The position numbers and the translations under genes were made by a program. A DNA stretch of 64,000 nt from Akkermansiaceae bacterium (GTDB taxonomy: Bacteria; Verrucomicrobiota; Verrucomicrobiia; Verrucomicrobiales; Akkermansiaceae): positions 5,649-69,648 of the forward strand of contig JANOKJ010000185.1 of NCBI GenBank assembly GCA_031419275.1, in the 5' to 3' direction. Positions within the stretch are counted from its first letter, which is position 1; each line of letters begins with the position of its first letter. This document shows positions 19,586 through 28,909 of this stretch, piece after piece. The notes under the pieces are model-generated. The model had not been told where the DNA came from, ran no database searches, and was given only the letters and a program-made list of their open reading frames with translations.

Positions 19586-21427
19586 ATGTCATTGAAAATT
19601 CGTAACCTCGCCATTATCGCCCACGTTGACCATGGGAAAACCACCCTAGTCGACCAACTCCTTCAAGCCGGCGGCACCTATCGTGAAAACCAAGCCACCC
19701 AAGAGCGTGCAATGGATTCCATGGATCTTGAGAAAGAAAAGGGCATTACCATTAAAGCGAAAAACACCGCGATTCTCTGGGAAGGTTACACGATCAACAT
19801 CGTCGACACCCCAGGCCACGCCGACTTCGGAGCCGAAGTTGAGCGCGTTATGAAAATGGTGGACGGTGTTTTGCTTGTTGTGGACGCAGCAGGTGGCCCG
19901 CAGGCGCAGACACGTTTCGTGCTTCGTAAAGCTCTTCAAGAAGGCCTTAAGCCTATCGTTGTGGTGAACAAAGTTGACCGCCCGCTTTCCAATCCACTCA
20001 AAGTGCACGACCAAGTGCTTGAGCTTTTCCTTGACCTCGATGCCACTGAAGAGCAGTTCGAAGCTCCTTTCTGCTACGGCTCCGCTCGCGATGGTTACTT
20101 CATGGATCATCCGGATGATGAGCGTAAAGATTGCATCCCGCTCCTGAAAAAAATCATCGAGTTCATCCCTGAACCAGCAGCCGATCCTGCGGCTCCTTTC
20201 CACATGCTCGTTTCTAACATCGAGTGGGACAGCTTCGTCGGCCGCGTTGCGGTCGGAAAAGTTCTCGGTGGTGCAGTGAAAAAAGGCGACACCATCTGGC
20301 TTCATCGCAAAGACGGCACCAAGCAACAATCCAAAGTGATGAAAACCTTCACTTACTCCGGTCTCGCGACTGAGGACTCCGAAGGTTGCGGCGCAGGCGG
20401 TATCGTCGGCATCGCGGCAGGCATCGAGAACATCGATATCGGCGAAACCCTTGCGGCTTCCGCCGATCAAGAAGCACTTCCTTTCGTGGAGATCGATCCA
20501 CCAACCGTTTCCATGGAGTTCTCCATCAACGACGGCCCACTCGGCGGAAAAGAAGGTAAGCACGTGACTTCCCGCGCCATCCGTGAGCGTTTGATGCACG
20601 AAATCAAAACCAACGTTTCTCTCCAAGTCGAAGACACCGACCAAGCGGGCGTGTTCAACGTCTCCGCACGTGGTGCGATGCAGATCGCCGTTCTTGTGGA
20701 GCAGATGCGCCGAGAAGGTTTCGAAGTTTGCGTTTCCCGTCCGACCGTGATTTATCGTCGCGACGAAGGCGGTAAACTTCTTGAGCCATTCGAAACTCTC
20801 TACATCGAGTCTCCAGGTGAATACACCCAAGGTATTTTGAAAACACTCATCAACCGTAAAGGCATGATGGAAAACATGGAGACCGAGCCTTCTGGCGAAA
20901 CTCTCATCACCGCACTCATCCCGACCCGTGGCCTCATTGGTTTCGAAACCGAAATCGTTAACCTCACTTCCGGTCACGGTATCATGTCGCACCTTTTCCG
21001 TGAGTATGGCCCACACGCAGGTGAGATCGTCACCCGCACCACAGGAACTCTTGTTTCCATGGAAGCGGGTGTTGCGACGACTTATTCGCTGCAAGCGCTT
21101 GAAGATCGCGGAGTGCTCTTCGTGGGTCCTAACGATGCGATTTACGGTGGTATGCTCGTCGGTGAAAACCCACGCGTTGGCGATATGCCTGTTAACCCAG
21201 TTAAAGAGAAACACCTCGATAACATGCGTTCTTCCGGTAAAGATAAAACCTCCAAGCTCACCCCACCGATTCGGTTCTCTCTTGAGCGCGCCATCGAATA
21301 CATCGATGCCGACGAACTCGTAGAAGCAACTCCGCTGAACATCCGCCTCCGCAAACGCATCCTCGATGAAGGTGCTCGCAAGCGTGCGGCAAAAGGAATC
21401 AAAGGCGAAGATCGCAGTAAACGGTAA
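19586..21427 (+). CDS. typA: Translational GTPase TypA/BipA
   Basis: [34 protein letters not shown]-terminal IRLRK. Confidence 0.98.
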   Translation: MSLKIRNLAIIAHVDHGKTTLVDQLLQAGGTYRENQATQERAMDSMDLEKEKGITIKAKNTAILWEGYTINIVDTPGHADFGAEVERVMKMVDGVLLVVDAAGGPQAQTRFVLRKALQEGLKPIVVVNKVDRPLSNPLKVHDQVLELFLDLDATEEQFEAPFCYGSARDGYFMDHPDDERKDCIPLLKKIIEFIPEPAADPAAPFHMLVSNIEWDSFVGRVAVGKVLGGAVKKGDTIWLHRKDGTKQQSKVMKTFTYSGLATEDSEGCGAGGIVGIAAGIENIDIGETLAASADQEALPFVEIDPPTVSMEFSINDGPLGGKEGKHVTSRAIRERLMHEIKTNVSLQVEDTDQAGVFNVSARGAMQIAVLVEQMRREGFEVCVSRPTVIYRRDEGGKLLEPFETLYIESPGEYTQGILKTLINRKGMMENMETEPSGETLITALIPTRGLIGFETEIVNLTSGHGIMSHLFREYGPHAGEIVTRTTGTLVSMEAGVATTYSLQALEDRGVLFVGPNDAIYGGMLVGENPRVGDMPVNPVKEKHLDNMRSSGKDKTSKLTPPIRFSLERAIEYIDADELVEATPLNIRLRKRILDEGARKRAAKGIKGEDRSKR

Positions 21428-21433
21428 GTTTAT

Positions 21434-21510
21434 GGTAGGGTCATTTTGATAAAAATACCGCTATATGACTGGCTCAACCCAATCGGTCATTTTATCAAAA
21501 TGACCCTACC
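21434..21510. repeat. REPIN-like doublet, GTAG REP family A
   Basis: GGTAGGGTCATTTTGATAAAAATACCG ... CGGTCATTTTATCAAAATGACCCTACC. Confidence 0.85.
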
Positions 21511-21520
21511 GAATTCTTCC

Positions 21521-22573
21521 ATGTCCACTCATCTCATCCGCATTTCTGAAGTTTTCTCTCCCTTGATCGGAGAGATTCTTGGAATCCTTGCGGTGGATAA
21601 AGTGAAGAGACTTGGTAGTGAGTATTACCTGATTCAAACCGAAGCAGCGGAACTGATCAAAGATTCACCCGCTGCGCGGTTTATTCGCTTCCATGTGCCC
21701 ATCGAACATTCATGGCCGTGTAATCCGGAGAAGATGGAAGGTTTTATCGAAAAGGCAGCACAGACGATTTACTACAAATTCGAAAGCCGGAATCCACAAA
21801 CGATCTTGGTAGGTCAGCTCGATCCCGGTGCGCCTAAACGTTATTACAAAGCTCTCGCATCGAATTTAAGAGGACGGGCATTACAAGTTTTTGAACTTCC
21901 CGACAGCGCACCGAAATCGGCGGAGGAGCAAGATCCTAAAAAGGAAACCTTGTTTTGTTGGGTTGGTAAAGAAGGTCTCTACTGTGGCATCGCGACTCCT
22001 CTCGAAGCAGGCGGAATTCATCCGGGTGGCACGAAATACATCGCGCAAAACGCCGATGACACCGTCAGCCGCGCGGGTGCGAAGATTGCTGAGGGGTTAC
22101 ATTTCCTCTCTATGTATCGCAAGTTGCCTTGGGAAGGTGCGCATTGGTTGGAACTAGGTGCGAGTCCCGGTGGAATGACTTCCGAATTGTTGATGCGGGG
22201 TTACCAAGTTTCCGCCATCGATCGCGCACCGCTCGACAAGCGCCTCGCGAATCATCCGAATTTGAGTTTCTTGAAAGAGGATGTGGCCGAGTTCGTGCCG
22301 CCGCGCGGGATTCGTTATGATGCGATCCTTTCCGATATGAACGGCGCGCCACGTCAGGCAATCACGCTGGTTACGCGCTTAAAAGATTTCCTCCGTCCCG
22401 GCGCCCTCGCTGTGTTCACACTGAAAACCACCGGAGCAGAAACCATCGCTGATATCGAAACATTGGAAAATGATGTGTTAGAAATCGCGAAAGGTAATGG
22501 ATTTTCCCTGATCGTAAAAACGCACCTGACCTACAACCGCCAAGAGTTCACGCTGTTTTTTGAGAAAGCTTGA
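21521..22573 (+). CDS. FtsJ/RlmM-like SAM-dependent RNA methyltransferase
   Basis: SRAGAKIAE, LELGASPGGMT, SDMN, FTLK; start moved past the REP. Confidence 0.8.
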   Translation: MSTHLIRISEVFSPLIGEILGILAVDKVKRLGSEYYLIQTEAAELIKDSPAARFIRFHVPIEHSWPCNPEKMEGFIEKAAQTIYYKFESRNPQTILVGQLDPGAPKRYYKALASNLRGRALQVFELPDSAPKSAEEQDPKKETLFCWVGKEGLYCGIATPLEAGGIHPGGTKYIAQNADDTVSRAGAKIAEGLHFLSMYRKLPWEGAHWLELGASPGGMTSELLMRGYQVSAIDRAPLDKRLANHPNLSFLKEDVAEFVPPRGIRYDAILSDMNGAPRQAITLVTRLKDFLRPGALAVFTLKTTGAETIADIETLENDVLEIAKGNGFSLIVKTHLTYNRQEFTLFFEKA

Positions 22574-22578
22574 TCTAG

Positions 22579-22724
22579 CGCCGCAGGCTTTGGACTGCTG
22601 GGATCATTCCCAGCTTTCACGCTGAGCGTTGATCAAGGAGCGCTGTGGTAATACCGATACTCTGGGTTTAGACGAATCCACACAAAAAGCTGCGGATCAC
22701 CGCAGCAGTCCAAAGCCTCCGGCG
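22579..22724. repeat. Miniature inverted-repeat element (TTTGGACTGC family)
   Basis: 22-nt terminal inverted repeats matching at 21/22 (CGCCGCAGGCTTTGGACTGCTG / CAGCAGTCCAAAGCCTCCGGCG) with internal hairpins. Confidence 0.8.
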
Positions 22725-22754
22725 GGTTGGAAATTCGGATGAACATTTTCCCTA

Positions 22755-23411
22755 TTATTCCGGATAACGTATATCAGGAACCTTACCGTTCCAGATGGGG
22801 TGTTTGGGGGAGAGGATATCGATGCCTTTGTCGTAGACGTGGCCGTCTTCGTGGATGTCGTAAATGTGCACGGTGTTGTCGATATGAAGAATCACAGCTT
22901 TGCCTTTGAAGGGTTTCGGATCGAATTTTGTGGTGCCTGGGATGAGGGGAGTCAGGACGATTGGAGTAGATGGGTTACCCTTACTGCTTAATCCAGAGAT
23001 ATATGAAAAGCCGACTTCACCTTTTTTCAACGCTTCGCCACGAGAGAGAATGCCGTCGGGTTTGATCGAGCCCTTAATTTTGGCATATAATACGATTTCT
23101 GATTCTGTGATTCCGGCAGCCAACAGTTGCCTGAATGCCGCGTTAGATGATTTACCTGAGATGTCGTAGTCGTGGTCTTCGTTGTTTTCATTTACCAAGG
23201 AGATGGTGGCATCGCTTGGGTAAGAGCCGTATTCGTCATCGAATGAATAGAGGGCGAGGCTTAATGAGCGCATGCATCTAAATGCCTCATCGCGCTCGGC
23301 TTCTCTTATTTTGGTGTCGATGTGGATAAATACGATGGTGATGATGCAGATTAGGATAATCAGACCGATAATGAATTTTAGAGACCTAGATTTTTTGGGT
23401 TCGGCGTTCAT
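22755..23411 (-). CDS. Pseudopilin/T2SS-G-like membrane-anchored protein, paralog 3
   Basis: N-terminal TM, GSYPSD, SSNAAFRQL, PLIPGT..FDPKPF, ends WNGKVPDIRYPE. Confidence 0.8.
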   Translation of the reverse strand: MNAEPKKSRSLKFIIGLIILICIITIVFIHIDTKIREAERDEAFRCMRSLSLALYSFDDEYGSYPSDATISLVNENNEDHDYDISGKSSNAAFRQLLAAGITESEIVLYAKIKGSIKPDGILSRGEALKKGEVGFSYISGLSSKGNPSTPIVLTPLIPGTTKFDPKPFKGKAVILHIDNTVHIYDIHEDGHVYDKGIDILSPKHPIWNGKVPDIRYPE

Positions 23412-23437
23412 GGGGAGTTGGAGATTTGAAGATTTTT

Positions 23438-23505
23438 GGAGAGCCGTGCTTTTGGTCGGCTTCTTTTCTTTTCTATGGATAAGCCCCGACTTGTCGGGGC
23501 TCTCC
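23438..23505. repeat. REP family B doublet (left arm degenerate)
   Basis: GGAGAGCCGTGCTTTTGGTCGGCTT ... AAGCCCCGACTTGTCGGGGCTCTCC. Confidence 0.8.
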
Positions 23506-23509
23506 GGTA

Positions 23510-24172
23510 TTATTCAGGATAGCGGATGTCAGGAATCTTTCCGTTCCACAGCTTATTATCGGAATCTAGCAAAGTTTCTCCGCCGCCGATCATAGCTTCG
23601 CCGTTCTTGTTGATAGGGATCGAAGACACGGAGTTGTCGATGCGGAGAATGATTACCTTGCGGTTAAATGGCTTGGGGTCGAATCGGTTGGTGCCTGGAA
23701 TGACAGGGCCGAAGGCGATTGGGAGCGATGGGTTGTCTTCTGCGGAAAGTCCCGCGATGTAGGCGAAGGCGACCTCGCCTTTTTCTAACAGATGGCTGGA
23801 GGAGATGTCGTTATCAGGTTTGGATATCCCAGGGAATTTGGCGTAGAACATTTGTTCGCTTTCAACGATTTCGGCGGCGAAGAGTTGGCGGAAAAGGGCG
23901 TTGGAGGACGTGCCGGAGAGTTTAAACACAGATGGGTGCTTTTCTATGACAAGGGCGGCTGTTTGATCGTTCGGGAAAGCGCCGTATTGCTTCTGAAATT
24001 CGTGCAAGGCGAGGCCAATCTGGTGGAGGTTGGATATGGCTTCGGTTCGGTCAGCCTTGGTCCTATCAGGTGGCAATATATGCACGAAATTGCAGAGAAT
24101 CACTATACTTCCAATCAGCAAGAGCCAAAATGGCCAGCCGAAGGGTTTGTATTTTTTGGGTTCAGCGTTCAT
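23510..24172 (-). CDS. Pseudopilin/T2SS-G-like membrane-anchored protein, paralog 2
   Basis: EAISNLHQIGLALHEF, GAFPND, SSNALFRQL, ends WNGKIPDIRYPE. Confidence 0.8.
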   Translation of the reverse strand: MNAEPKKYKPFGWPFWLLLIGSIVILCNFVHILPPDRTKADRTEAISNLHQIGLALHEFQKQYGAFPNDQTAALVIEKHPSVFKLSGTSSNALFRQLFAAEIVESEQMFYAKFPGISKPDNDISSSHLLEKGEVAFAYIAGLSAEDNPSLPIAFGPVIPGTNRFDPKPFNRKVIILRIDNSVSSIPINKNGEAMIGGGETLLDSDNKLWNGKIPDIRYPE

Positions 24173-24190
24173 GGGGATTTAGAGATTTTT

Positions 24191-24215
24191 GGAGAGCCCC
24201 GACAAGTCGGGGCTT
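24191..24215 (+). repeat. REP family B, single copy
   Basis: GGAGAGCCCCGACAAGTCGGGGCTT; overlaps the stop codon of paralog 1. Confidence 0.85.
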
Positions 24216-24906
24216 ATTCTGGGTATCGAATATCAGGAGCTTTGCCGTTCCAGATGGGATACTCTGGAGAGAGGATGTTAATACCTTTGTTGTAGATGTT
24301 ACCGTCTTCGTTGATGGTGTATATGCCAACAGAGTTATCGATTCTGAGGCCGATTGCCTTTCCATCGAAAGGTTTGGGATCGAATTTTTTGGTTCCGGGG
24401 ATGAGGGGAGCTAAGATGACAATTCGACTGGGATTGCCTGCTGTGCTTAGACCGGAAATGTAAACAAATCCGCATTCACCTTTTTTAAGTATTTCTCCGG
24501 GTTTGATGTTTCCATCAGGTTCAACAGATTTTTTGCATCTGAGTTTAAACATATCTTCTGATCTATCATTTTTGGAGCTAATAATAAGCTGACGCAGCAG
24601 AGCATTCGATGAAGTTCCTGAGAGATCCTTCCGATAAGTTGGGTGATTTTTGATAAAATCCTTAGCAGTATCATCGTTTGGGTAAGATCCGTATTCTTCT
24701 TGGAATATGAACAGAGCGAGGCCGATTTGCTTAGCGTTGTTAATGGCTTCTACTGTTCCTGATTTTTTAGGATGGTAAGTAGGGTAGGGTAGACACCAAA
24801 AAGCGATAAAGCCAATCACAAGGGCAGCTACGATAAATTCTTTAATCACCGACTTAAACCATTTGCGGTTACTTTTTAGTATTACAGGCTCTGGCTCTTC
24901 GTTCAC
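24214..24906 (-). CDS. Pseudopilin/T2SS-G-like membrane-anchored protein, paralog 1
   Basis: EAINNAKQIGLALFIF, GSYPND, SSNALLRQL, ends WNGKAPDIRYPE; visibly AT-richer. Confidence 0.8.
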   Translation of the reverse strand: MNEEPEPVILKSNRKWFKSVIKEFIVAALVIGFIAFWCLPYPTYHPKKSGTVEAINNAKQIGLALFIFQEEYGSYPNDDTAKDFIKNHPTYRKDLSGTSSNALLRQLIISSKNDRSEDMFKLRCKKSVEPDGNIKPGEILKKGECGFVYISGLSTAGNPSRIVILAPLIPGTKKFDPKPFDGKAIGLRIDNSVGIYTINEDGNIYNKGINILSPEYPIWNGKAPDIRYPE

Positions 24907-24947
24907 TCTAGCATGTGTAGAGTGTTTTTTGGTGTAGCGCGAGATTA

Positions 24948-24972
24948 AAGCCCCGACTTGTCGGGGCTCTAC
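24948..24972 (-). repeat. REP family B, single copy (GTAG variant)
   Basis: Minus strand GTAGAGCCCCGACAAGTCGGGGCTT. Confidence 0.85.
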
Positions 24973-24994
24973 GGCTGGCTAATCGATGGATAAG

Positions 24995-25018
24995 ACGGCG
25001 ACCAAAGATCGCCGCTAC
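24995..25018 (-). repeat. REP family C overlapping the gatB stop
   Basis: Minus strand GTAGCGGCGATCTTTGGTCGCCGT; near-identical copy at 54529. Confidence 0.8.
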
Positions 25019-26466
25019 AGGAGTTTCGCTCTGAGCAAGTCGGTGACTTGTTTTGGGTTGGGTTTGGTCGATGAGGATTTCATGACTTTGCCGGTGAGGA
25101 AGTTGAGGAGCTTTTCGTTGCCGGCTTTGATGGCTTCGACTTCGCTTGGGTTTTCGGCGATGGCAGCATCGACCAAAGCTTCGAGGTCGCCAGCGGAGGT
25201 GGGTTTGAAACCGAGTTCATCTGCGATGTCTTTCGGCGCACGTTCTGGGGCGGCGAAGAGGACGGTGAAAACTTCTTTGGCTTGGTTCGGAGCGAGGGTG
25301 CCGTTTTCGACCAAGACTAACAGGTCGCGGAGTTTGTCAGGCGACACAGGACATTCAGCGATGCTGATGGCTTGCTCGTTGAGTGTACCGAGCAGGTTGT
25401 TGATGAGGAAGTTCGCGGTCTTCTTGGCAGGGATCGCTGGGTCGGCTGTGGCTTCAAAATATTTTGCGAGATGGCTGTCAGCTGTTAGCACAGCAGCATC
25501 ATAGGCAGTCAGGCCGAAGTCGTTTTCGTAGCGAGAGATTTTTTCCAAACGCGGCTCAGGAACGAGAGGGCGGACGGTTTCAAGAAGGGGTGCGGTGGCG
25601 ATGGGGAGAAGATCGGGGCAAGGGAAGTAGCGGTAGTCGTGCGCGTCTTCCTTGGTGCGCATGAGCTGGGTTTCACCGAGGTCGTCGTTCCAGCGACGAG
25701 TGGATTGAATCTGGGGAATTCCTGCGCTGAGTTCTTCGGTCTGGCGCTCGATCTCGTGATGGATCGCACGGCGGATGGCGGAAAAGGAGTTAAGGTTTTT
25801 CAACTCAACTTTTGCGCCGAGCGGATCGGATTCTTTTTCGCGGAGCGAGATGTTCACATCGCAACGAAGGTTTCCTTTTTCGAGGTCGGCATCGGAGGTG
25901 TTGCATTCATGAAGCACGAGCTGGAGCGAGCGCAGGTAAGCAAAAGCTTCCTCGGCGGATTCAAGATCCGGCTCGGTGACAATCTCCATCAGCGGAGTGC
26001 CAGCACGATTGAAATCGATGAGCGAAGTGGTGGCGAGGTGAGTGGACTTTGCAACGTCCTCCTCCAAGTGGATGCGGTTGAGGCGGACGATCTTGTTAGG
26101 GGTCTTGATGTCTTTTCGTGCGTCGGTTGGATAACAATCATCGAACAGCGGAACGCCACCACCGAGGCAGAGAGGAAAATCCATCTGTGTGGTTTGGTAA
26201 TTTTTCGGCATGTCCGGATAGAAGTAGTTTTTCCGATCCCAACGAGAAAACTCCGGTGAACCGCAACCGAGCGCGAGACCTGTCAGTAAAGTTTTCTCGA
26301 TGGCCTTTTTATTAAGAACTGGCAATGCACCAGGATAGCCGAGGCAAACGGGGCAGGTGTTCGTGTTCGGGTCATCGCCAAAAGAAGTGCGGCATGCGCA
26401 GAACATTTTGGTGTCGGTGTTGACTTGGGCGTGGACTTCCAATCCGATTGTTACGAGATATGGCAT
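25015..26466 (-). CDS. gatB: Asp/Glu-tRNA amidotransferase subunit B
   Basis: IGLEVHAQ, CPVCLGYPGALP, RKNYFYPD, DFNRAGTPLMEIVTEP, DYRYFP; start moved to ATG 26466. Confidence 0.97.
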   Translation of the reverse strand: MPYLVTIGLEVHAQVNTDTKMFCACRTSFGDDPNTNTCPVCLGYPGALPVLNKKAIEKTLLTGLALGCGSPEFSRWDRKNYFYPDMPKNYQTTQMDFPLCLGGGVPLFDDCYPTDARKDIKTPNKIVRLNRIHLEEDVAKSTHLATTSLIDFNRAGTPLMEIVTEPDLESAEEAFAYLRSLQLVLHECNTSDADLEKGNLRCDVNISLREKESDPLGAKVELKNLNSFSAIRRAIHHEIERQTEELSAGIPQIQSTRRWNDDLGETQLMRTKEDAHDYRYFPCPDLLPIATAPLLETVRPLVPEPRLEKISRYENDFGLTAYDAAVLTADSHLAKYFEATADPAIPAKKTANFLINNLLGTLNEQAISIAECPVSPDKLRDLLVLVENGTLAPNQAKEVFTVLFAAPERAPKDIADELGFKPTSAGDLEALVDAAIAENPSEVEAIKAGNEKLLNFLTGKVMKSSSTKPNPKQVTDLLRAKLL

Positions 26467-26489
26467 TTTTGAGAGGGTTGTAGGAAAAG

Positions 26490-26656
26490 TTTCAACGCAA
26501 AGGCGCAAAGGACGCTAAGTTACGCAAAGCTGGGGTTGTGTGATTAATTAAATTTAAATTTTCAAGAGAAGTAGGAAGGGTGGAATTATTTACACTAAAT
26601 CTTTTCAGAGAATTGGCTTTGCGAACCTTTGCGTTCTTCGCGGCTTTGCGTTGAAA
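26490..26656. repeat. Inverted pair of nonamer (nnCGCAAAG) arrays
   Basis: TTTCAACGCAAAGGCGCAAAGGACGCTAAGTTACGCAAAGC ... GCTTTGCGAACCTTTGCGTTCTTCGCGGCTTTGCGTTGAAA. Confidence 0.88.
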
Positions 26657-26660
26657 ATTC

Positions 26661-27986
26661 TTAACCTAAATTTTCAATTCGAAAGACGACGGGTGTTGAA
26701 TTGATGCAGTTTAGGGTTTCGATTTCTGCTAGGGCGGTGGTGAGTTTTCCGAAGGGGCAGGAGTGGAGGAGGAAAACCATATCGACGAATTCAGCGTCGG
26801 GGTTTGATGCATCGACAGGGGAGTGAGTTCCGGAAATACCGATTTTGTGTTTGGCGATCACTGTGGCGATTTCGGCGACGACACCGGGTCGGTCTGTGAC
26901 GTCGAAGCGGACGTAGTAAGCGGTGGAGGTTTCCTCGATGGGGACGAGGGTTCCGGTTTCGCGATAAGGTAAGAATCCGCGGTGCTGCGCGGTGTGAGCG
27001 AAGTTGCGAGCGGCTTCGACGAGATCGGCGATGACTGAAGAAGCAGTCGGGCCTTGGCCGGCGCCGCGGCCGTAGAAGAGCGATTCGCCTGCGGCATCGG
27101 CATTCACCGAGACGGCATTGAAGACACCATTGACCGAAGCAAGGATGTGTTTCTGGGAGATGAACGATGGCTGAACGCGGAGTTCGACCGAGCCGCCGTC
27201 GCGTTCACGGATGACCGCAAGAAGTTTGATCACATAACCCAGCGATTTCGCAAAGCGGATGTCTGTTGGGCGAACTTGTTCGATGCCGGAGACATGGATG
27301 TTTTTCGGATCGATGGGAAAACCATAGGCGAGCGTAGCTAGAAGGATCGCCTTGTGGGCGGCGTCCCAACCGTTCACATCGAGGGCGGGATCGGCTTCGG
27401 CGTAACCGAGTGCTTGGGCTTCTTGGAGGGCGGTCGGGTAGTCAATGCCGCGCAAGGTCATTTGCTCGAGGATATAGTTCGAGGTGCCGTTGATGATGCC
27501 GGTGAAAGAATGGATCTGGTTGCCGATGAAGGAATCTTGAACCGTTTTAACAATCGGGATTCCTCCGGCGATCGCGGCCTCGAAGAAAATGGGAGTCTCC
27601 ATTTTCCGAGAAATGGCGAACAGTTCGACGCCGCGCTCAGCAAGCAGGGCTTTGTTTCCGGTGACGACCGGTTTTTTTGCGAGCAGGGCAGCAGCGACGA
27701 TTTCAAAGGCATCTGTGGTGCCGCCGATCAATTCCACGACGATGTCGACAGCAGGGTCGTTGACGAGGCCATGCCAATCAGTTGTGAGGATTTCCGAAGG
27801 AACGGCGGATTTTGTCGCGCGGGCTTTTTTGAGATCGCGGACAAGGATTTTGGTGATCGTGAGAGACACGCCATTGCCGGTGCGCTCGGAGATGAGTTCG
27901 CCGTTTTTTTCAAGCGTGTTCCATACGCCGGACCCAACGGTGCCGAAGCCCGCCAAGCCGATTCCTAATTTATTGCAGTTGCTCAC
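26661..27986 (-). CDS. hom: Homoserine dehydrogenase with C-terminal ACT domain
   Basis: GFGTVGSG, EAAIAGGIP, GIINGTSNYIL, GYAEADP..DV.G.DAAHK, DRPGV. Confidence 0.96.
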   Translation of the reverse strand: MSNCNKLGIGLAGFGTVGSGVWNTLEKNGELISERTGNGVSLTITKILVRDLKKARATKSAVPSEILTTDWHGLVNDPAVDIVVELIGGTTDAFEIVAAALLAKKPVVTGNKALLAERGVELFAISRKMETPIFFEAAIAGGIPIVKTVQDSFIGNQIHSFTGIINGTSNYILEQMTLRGIDYPTALQEAQALGYAEADPALDVNGWDAAHKAILLATLAYGFPIDPKNIHVSGIEQVRPTDIRFAKSLGYVIKLLAVIRERDGGSVELRVQPSFISQKHILASVNGVFNAVSVNADAAGESLFYGRGAGQGPTASSVIADLVEAARNFAHTAQHRGFLPYRETGTLVPIEETSTAYYVRFDVTDRPGVVAEIATVIAKHKIGISGTHSPVDASNPDAEFVDMVFLLHSCPFGKLTTALAEIETLNCINSTPVVFRIENLG

Positions 27987-28050
27987 GCAGCGAGGCTAGG
28001 CGGAGTGAGGGAAATCTCAAACTTCAAATTTCGGGAATATAACGGAGATT

Positions 28051-28091
28051 TTTCAACGCAGAGCCGCAAAGGTCGCAGAGGGACGCAAAGC
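28051..28091 (+). repeat. Solo nonamer array arm
   Basis: TTTCAACGCAGAGCCGCAAAGGTCGCAGAGGGACGCAAAGC. Confidence 0.8.
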
Positions 28092-28102
28092 TCTTGTTGA
28101 TA

Positions 28103-28783
28103 TTATTTAAGGAGTCTTGGATCGATGTTTCTCCATTCTCCGGGTTGGAGGTTTCCTAGTTGGTAAGGCCCGATGGACTCCCTGTGGAGCTGGGTGACGC
28201 GGATGCCGAAGCGGAGGAACATCCGTTTGATCTGGTGGTGCAGTCCCTCGTAGATCGTGAGGCGGCAGGAGGTTTGGGAGGTGAGTTCGACGATGGCTGG
28301 GGCGGAGCGGGTGTTTTCTTTTTCAAAAGACATCCCATCGCGAAATTGTTGGAGGACGTTTTCGGGGATAGGTTGGTCGGTGTGGACGAGGTAGGTTTTC
28401 GGGACGTGATTTTCCGGGGAGGTGAGGGATGCGGAAAATTTTGAATCGTTGGTGAGGATGATGAGTCCGGAGGTCGCGCGATCGAGCCGACCAGCGAGGT
28501 GGAGTTCGGTGGCCCAGGGTTCGTCGATGAGATCGATGACCGTGCGGTGGGTTTTGTCCGTGGTCGCGGATAGGATGCCGATGGGTTTGTGGAGGAGAAT
28601 GTAACGTGCGGTGTTAGACTGGAGGATTTCTCCTCTTACTGTTAGATGATCGAATTTTTCGAGCGGGATATTTCCATCGCAGATGGGATTATGATTTAGA
28701 AGGACGTCTCCAGTTTCGAGGAGTTTTTTAGCATGACGTTTTCCAAGTCCGCTACGCTTGGCGATGAATTGGATAACGGTCAT
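28103..28783 (-). CDS. rsuA: RsuA-family pseudouridine synthase
   Basis: HKPIG, AGRLDRATSGL, VPKTY, EGLHHQIKRMF. Confidence 0.85.
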   Translation of the reverse strand: MTVIQFIAKRSGLGKRHAKKLLETGDVLLNHNPICDGNIPLEKFDHLTVRGEILQSNTARYILLHKPIGILSATTDKTHRTVIDLIDEPWATELHLAGRLDRATSGLIILTNDSKFSASLTSPENHVPKTYLVHTDQPIPENVLQQFRDGMSFEKENTRSAPAIVELTSQTSCRLTIYEGLHHQIKRMFLRFGIRVTQLHRESIGPYQLGNLQPGEWRNIDPRLLK

Positions 28784-28909
28784 GATGATAAAACGTTAAA
28801 TCCTAAATTCTAAACCTCAATACAGAGATGTCTTGGACCGCTGTCTCGAACGGGATTGAAAAAAACAGGCTCGGCAAAGTCATCCCGTGCGTGAACTCCA
28901 AGTTTATCA

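Noticed and set aside
19646-21214. 522-aa antisense ORF
   Set aside because: Lies entirely opposite typA; a shadow of biased codon usage with no recognisable motifs
21446-21520. N-terminal extensions in the ORF track (also gatB, 31016, 38372, 56920, 58206)
   Set aside because: They run through repeats or neighbouring genes; downstream ATGs fit better
23438-24972. REP family B copies as a CRISPR array or attC sites
   Set aside because: Copies are separated by whole genes and in mixed orientation; no cas or integrase gene; no RYYYAAC/GTTRRRY boxes
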